From: the human T2T-CHM13v2.0 reference genome, Homo sapiens
Length of the DNA: 64,000 nt
Reading direction: 5' to 3' (one strand)
NCBI RefSeq assembly: GCF_009914755.1
Contig: NC_060927.1
Part shown: positions 59,752-64,000 of the stretch, piece after piece
How positions within the stretch are numbered: the first letter of the stretch is position 1
Layout: each line of letters starts with the position of its first letter
Made by a program: the position numbers and the translations under genes
Notes under the pieces: model-generated
Told to the model about the DNA's origin: nothing
Database searches by the model: none
What the model saw: the letters and a program-made list of their open reading frames with translations, nothing else

Positions 59752-62716
59752 TTATTTATTTATTTATTTATGTTTATTACACTTTAAGTTCTGGGATACA
59801 TGTGCAGAACGTGCAGGTTTGTTACATGGGTATACATGTGCCATGGTGGTTTGCTGCATAAACCTGTCATCTACATTGTGTATGTCTCCTAATGCTATCC
59901 CTCTCCTAGACCCCCACCCTGCAACAGGACCCCGTGTGTGATGTTCCCCTCCCTGTGTCCATATGTTCTCATTGTTCAACTCCTACTTCTGAGTGAGAAT
60001 ATGTAGTGTCTGGTTTTCTGTTCCTGTGTTAGTTTGCTGAAAATGATGGTTTCCAGCTTCACCCATGCCCCTGCAAAGGACATGAACTGATCCTTTTCTA
60101 TGGCTGCATAGTATTCCATGGTGTATATGTGCCACATTTTCTTTATTCAGTCTATCATTGATAGGCATTTGTGTTGGCTCCAAGTCTTTGCTATTGTGAA
60201 CAGTGCCACAGTAAACATATGTGTGCATGTGTCTTTATAGTAGAATGATTTATAATACTTTGGGTATACACCCAGTAATGGGATTGCTGGGTCAAATGGT
60301 ATTTCTAGTTCTAGATCCTTGAGGAATTGCCACACTGTCTTCCACAATGGTTGAACTAATTTACACTCTCACCAACATTGTAAAAGTGTTCCTATTTTTC
60401 CACATTCTCTCCAGCATCTGTTGTTTCCTGACTTTTTAATGACAGCCATTCTAACTGGCGTGAGATGGTATCTCATTGTGGTTTTGATTTGCATTTCTCT
60501 AATGACCAGTGATGATGAGCTTTTTTTCATATGTTTGTTGGCTGCATAAATGTCTTCTTTTGAGAAGTGTCTGTGCATATCCTTTGTCCACTTTTGATGG
60601 GGTTGTTTTTTTCTTGTAAATTTGTTTAAGTTCTTTGTAGATTCTGGACATAAGCCCTTTATCAGATGGATAGATTGCAAAAATGTTCTCCCATTCTGTA
60701 GATTGCCTATTCACTCTGATGATAGTTTCTTTTACTGTGCAGAAGCTCTTCAGTTTAATTAGATCCCATTTGTCAATTTTGGCTTTTGTTGCCATTGCTT
60801 TTGGTGTTTTAGTCATGAAGTCTTTGCCTATGCCTATGTCCTGAATGGTATTGCCTATGTTTTATTCTAGGCTTTTACGGCTTTAGGTCTTACGTTTAAG
60901 TCTTTAATCCATCTTGAGTTAATTTTTGTATAGGTGTTAAAAAGGGATCCAGTTTCAGTTTTCTGCATATGGCTAGACAGTTTTTCCAACACCATTTATT
61001 AAATAGAAAATCCTTTCCCCATTGCTTGTTTTTGTCAGGTGTGTCAAAGATCAGATGGTTGTAGATGTGTGGTGTTATTTCTTAGGTTTCTCTTCTGTTA
61101 CATTGGTCTACATATGTGTTTTGGTACCAATACCATGCTGTTTTGGTTACTGTAGCCTTGTAGTATAGTTTGAAGTCAGGTAGCTTGATGCCTCCAGCTT
61201 TGTTCTTTTGCTTAGGGTTGTCTTGGCTATACAGGTTCTTTTTTGATTCCATATAAATTTAAAGTAGTTTTTTCTAATTCTGTGAAGAAGGTCAATTGTA
61301 GCTTGATGGGGATAGCATTGAATCTATAAATTACTTTGGGCAGTATGGCCATTTTCATTATATTGATTCTTTCTGTCCATGAGCATGGAATATTTTTCCA
61401 TTTGTTTGTGTCCTCTCTTATTTCCTTGAGCAGTGGTTTGTAAATCTCCTTGAAGAAGTCCTTCAAATCCCTTGTAAGTTGTATTCCTGCAAATTCCTTG
61501 TAAGTTGTATTCTCTTTGTAGCAATTGTAAATGGGAGTTCACTCACTATTTGGCTCTCTGTTTGTCTGTTATTGGTGTATAGCAAAGCTTGTGATTTTGG
61601 CACATTGATTTTGTATCCTGAAACTTTACTGAAGTTGCTTATCAGATTAAGGAGATTTTGGGCTGAGACAATGGCATTTTCTAAATACACAATCATGTCA
61701 TCTGCAAACAGAGACAATTTGACCTCCTCTCTTCTATATGAATACCCTTTATTTCTTTCTCTTGCCTGATTGCCCTGGCCAGAACTTCCAATATTATGTT
61801 GAATAGGAGTGGTGAGAGAGGCCATCCTTGCCTTGTACCTGTTTTCAAAGGGAATGCTTCCAGCTTTTGCCCATTCAGTATGATATTGGCTGTGGGTTTG
61901 CCATAAATAGCTCTTATTATTTTGAGATATGTTCCATCAATACCTAGTTTACTGAAAATTTTCAGCATGAAGCGCTGTGGAATTTTATCAAAGGCCTTTT
62001 CTGCACCTGTTGAGATAATCATGTTTTTTTTGTCATTGGGGCATTTAGCCAATTTACATTTAAAGTTAATATTGTTGTGTGTGAATTTGATCCTGTCATT
62101 ATGATGCTAGCTGGTTATTTTGCCCATTAGTTGATGCAGTTTCTTCGTACTGTTGATGGTCTTTACAATTTCGTATGTTTTTTCAGTGGCTGGTACCGGT
62201 TTTTCCTTTCCATGTTTAGTGCTTCCCTCAGGAGCTCATGTAAGGCAGGTGACATGGTGACAAAATCTCTCAGCATTTGCTTGTCTGTAAAGGATTTTAT
62301 TTCTCCTTCCCTTATGAAGCTTAGTTTGGCTGGATATGAAATTCTGGGTTGAAAATTCTTTTTGTTAAGAATGTTGAATATTGGCCCCCACTCTCTTCTG
62401 GCTTGTAGGGTTTCTGCAGAGAGATCCGCTGTTAGTCTTACGGCTTCCCTTTGTGGGTAACCCGACCTTTCTCTCTGGCTGCCATTACCATTTTTTTCCT
62501 TCATTTCAATTTTGGTGAATCTGACAATTATGTGTCTTGAGGTTGCTCTTCTTGAGGAGTATCTTTGTGGTGTTCTCTGTATTTCCTGAATTCGAATGTT
62601 GGCCTGTCTTGCTAGATGGGGGAAGTTCTCCTGGATAATATCCTGAAGAGTGTTTTCCAGCTTGGTTCCATTCTCCCCATCACTTTCAGGTACACCATTC
62701 AGACGTAGATTTGGTC
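59752..62716 (-). mobile_element. Primate L1 (about L1PA7), 5'-truncated in ORF1, ~1.7-kb internal ORF2 deletion
   Basis: 3'UTR 'ttctgggatacatgtgcagaacgtgcagg'; ORF2 remnants ([10 protein letters not shown]); ORF1 C-terminus (FQPRISYPAKLSF) at 62163-62504; junction at 62035-62039. Confidence 0.95.
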
Positions 62717-62745
62717 TACCTCAAAGTGATGGGGAGAATGGAACC
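62664..62745. repeat. 29-bp inverted duplication (fold-back) at L1 5' junction
   Basis: 62717-62745 is the reverse complement of 62664-62692 with one mismatch. Confidence 0.92.
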
Positions 62746-63856
62746 CTCAAAATTTTGAATTTCAATGACCTGATATTATGTAGACACTGATTAGCAAGAC
62801 AATATGTTAAATCTGTAGGTGATTATAAAAATAAGTTCCGTAGGAATTATAGGGGAGGAAAATACTTTCTTTTTAGGGTGATTTTAGAAGGATGGATAGT
62901 GATAGAGAGGGAAATTGAAGTTAGAATTAAAAGATGGATAGGACTTAACATAAAGAGAAATAAATCAGATAGGAAGTGAGAAGTAAAAGAGTTGATGATA
63001 CAAATGTTTCATGTGTTCAGGAGAGGTAATATTGAGCACCCTGGTGACAGTCATGATTTTGTAGAGGAGTAATGGGAACTTACAGTGGAGAAATAGGCAG
63101 ACCTTGTGCAAGGGAGGATGGTTTGTGCCAGGCTGTAGCAGACAGAGACTTTTCAGGTCTTTGCAAGATGAAATGGGAATGCTTCTTTCCTTTATTGATG
63201 TAAATATAAAGGAATACTCCACGTGTTCATGTATTACTTAATACAAGATTTTTATGCCCCAGGAGACAGTACAAGATCATGTTTCTTTTTCTAGCATCAT
63301 TAAAACTTTAAATGTACTTGATCCTTTTCTCCTTGTAGGGAAGTGTGAAAGTACATATGCATTGTTTTTGACTGTGGCTGCTGTTTTTGGTTCACTGCTG
63401 AGAACAGTTTACTCTTATTCAAGCTGTTAAAGTGCTACATCAAAAACAGGGTTTAAATAGTGAGTAGATGATCCTGAGAATAACACTGCCCCTCACTGAG
63501 TACAAGGTTACATTTCAATCAAAGGTGTTCGCCCAGTGAAACACAATTCAAATAGACGATAGAGAAGGAACTAGTGTAAAAGTAGTATATGTGTGTTTTA
63601 ATAGAGTAATTCTGTTGATTTTCAGTGGTACTTTTACTACCATGCTGGCTTTTACACAGTTGTCTAATGTGAATTATGGGCATTATTAATAATAATCTAA
63701 TTATTATTCCAATATTTGCCTTAACACAAATGATACAACAAGATGAAAAATTTGATAGAAATCTGAGTGTGTCTATTTATTTTTGTACTTATATAAATAT
63801 ATTAAATACATATGTAGCAATTTTGGTGGACTCACCAAATTGAGCAATAATGAAGT

Positions 63857-64000
63857 TGTATTAGTCCGTTCTGACGCTGCTGTGAAGAAATACCCGAGAC
63901 TGCGTAATTTAAAAGAAAAAAGGTTTAATTGACTCACAGTTCTGCATGGCTGGGAAGGCCTCAGGAAACTTAGAATCATGGCAGAAGGGGAAGAAAACAG
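63857..64000 (-). mobile_element. THE1-family LTR, cut by window end
   Basis: 'tgtattagtccgttc', 'ggtttaattgactcacagttc', 'ggcctcaggaaactta'. Confidence 0.92.

Noticed and set aside
59764-62504. RT-like and ORF1-like ORFs on the minus strand
   Set aside because: Broken L1PA remnants, not an intact gene.

Overview
Primate (most likely human) genomic DNA. It is AT-rich and CpG-poor, with no CpG island, and reads as deep intron or intergenic sequence. I found no supportable protein-coding gene, RNA gene or CRISPR-like array, and I cannot name the locus. The ORF track is explained by Alu, L1 and LTR remnants or by chance. Much of the window is transposon fossils: about 15 Alus, three primate L1PA copies, older L1M/L2/CR1/MIR pieces, solo LTRs (LOR1, MER52, MLT1, THE1, LTR16-like) and hAT/mariner MITEs (MER5, MER58, MER91, Made1). 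Family names come from my recall of consensus sequences, not a database search, and boundaries of old repeats are approximate. I did not find a convincing new biological system. The items most worth checking are: (1) several template-switch or fold-back scars, including a 29-bp fold-back at an L1 5' junction and a duplication-inversion-duplication in a MIR; (2) nested insertions with target-site duplications (TSDs); (3) dense transcription-factor motif clusters in unique DNA, including an inverted pair of PBX-MEIS sites; (4) weak candidate exons.
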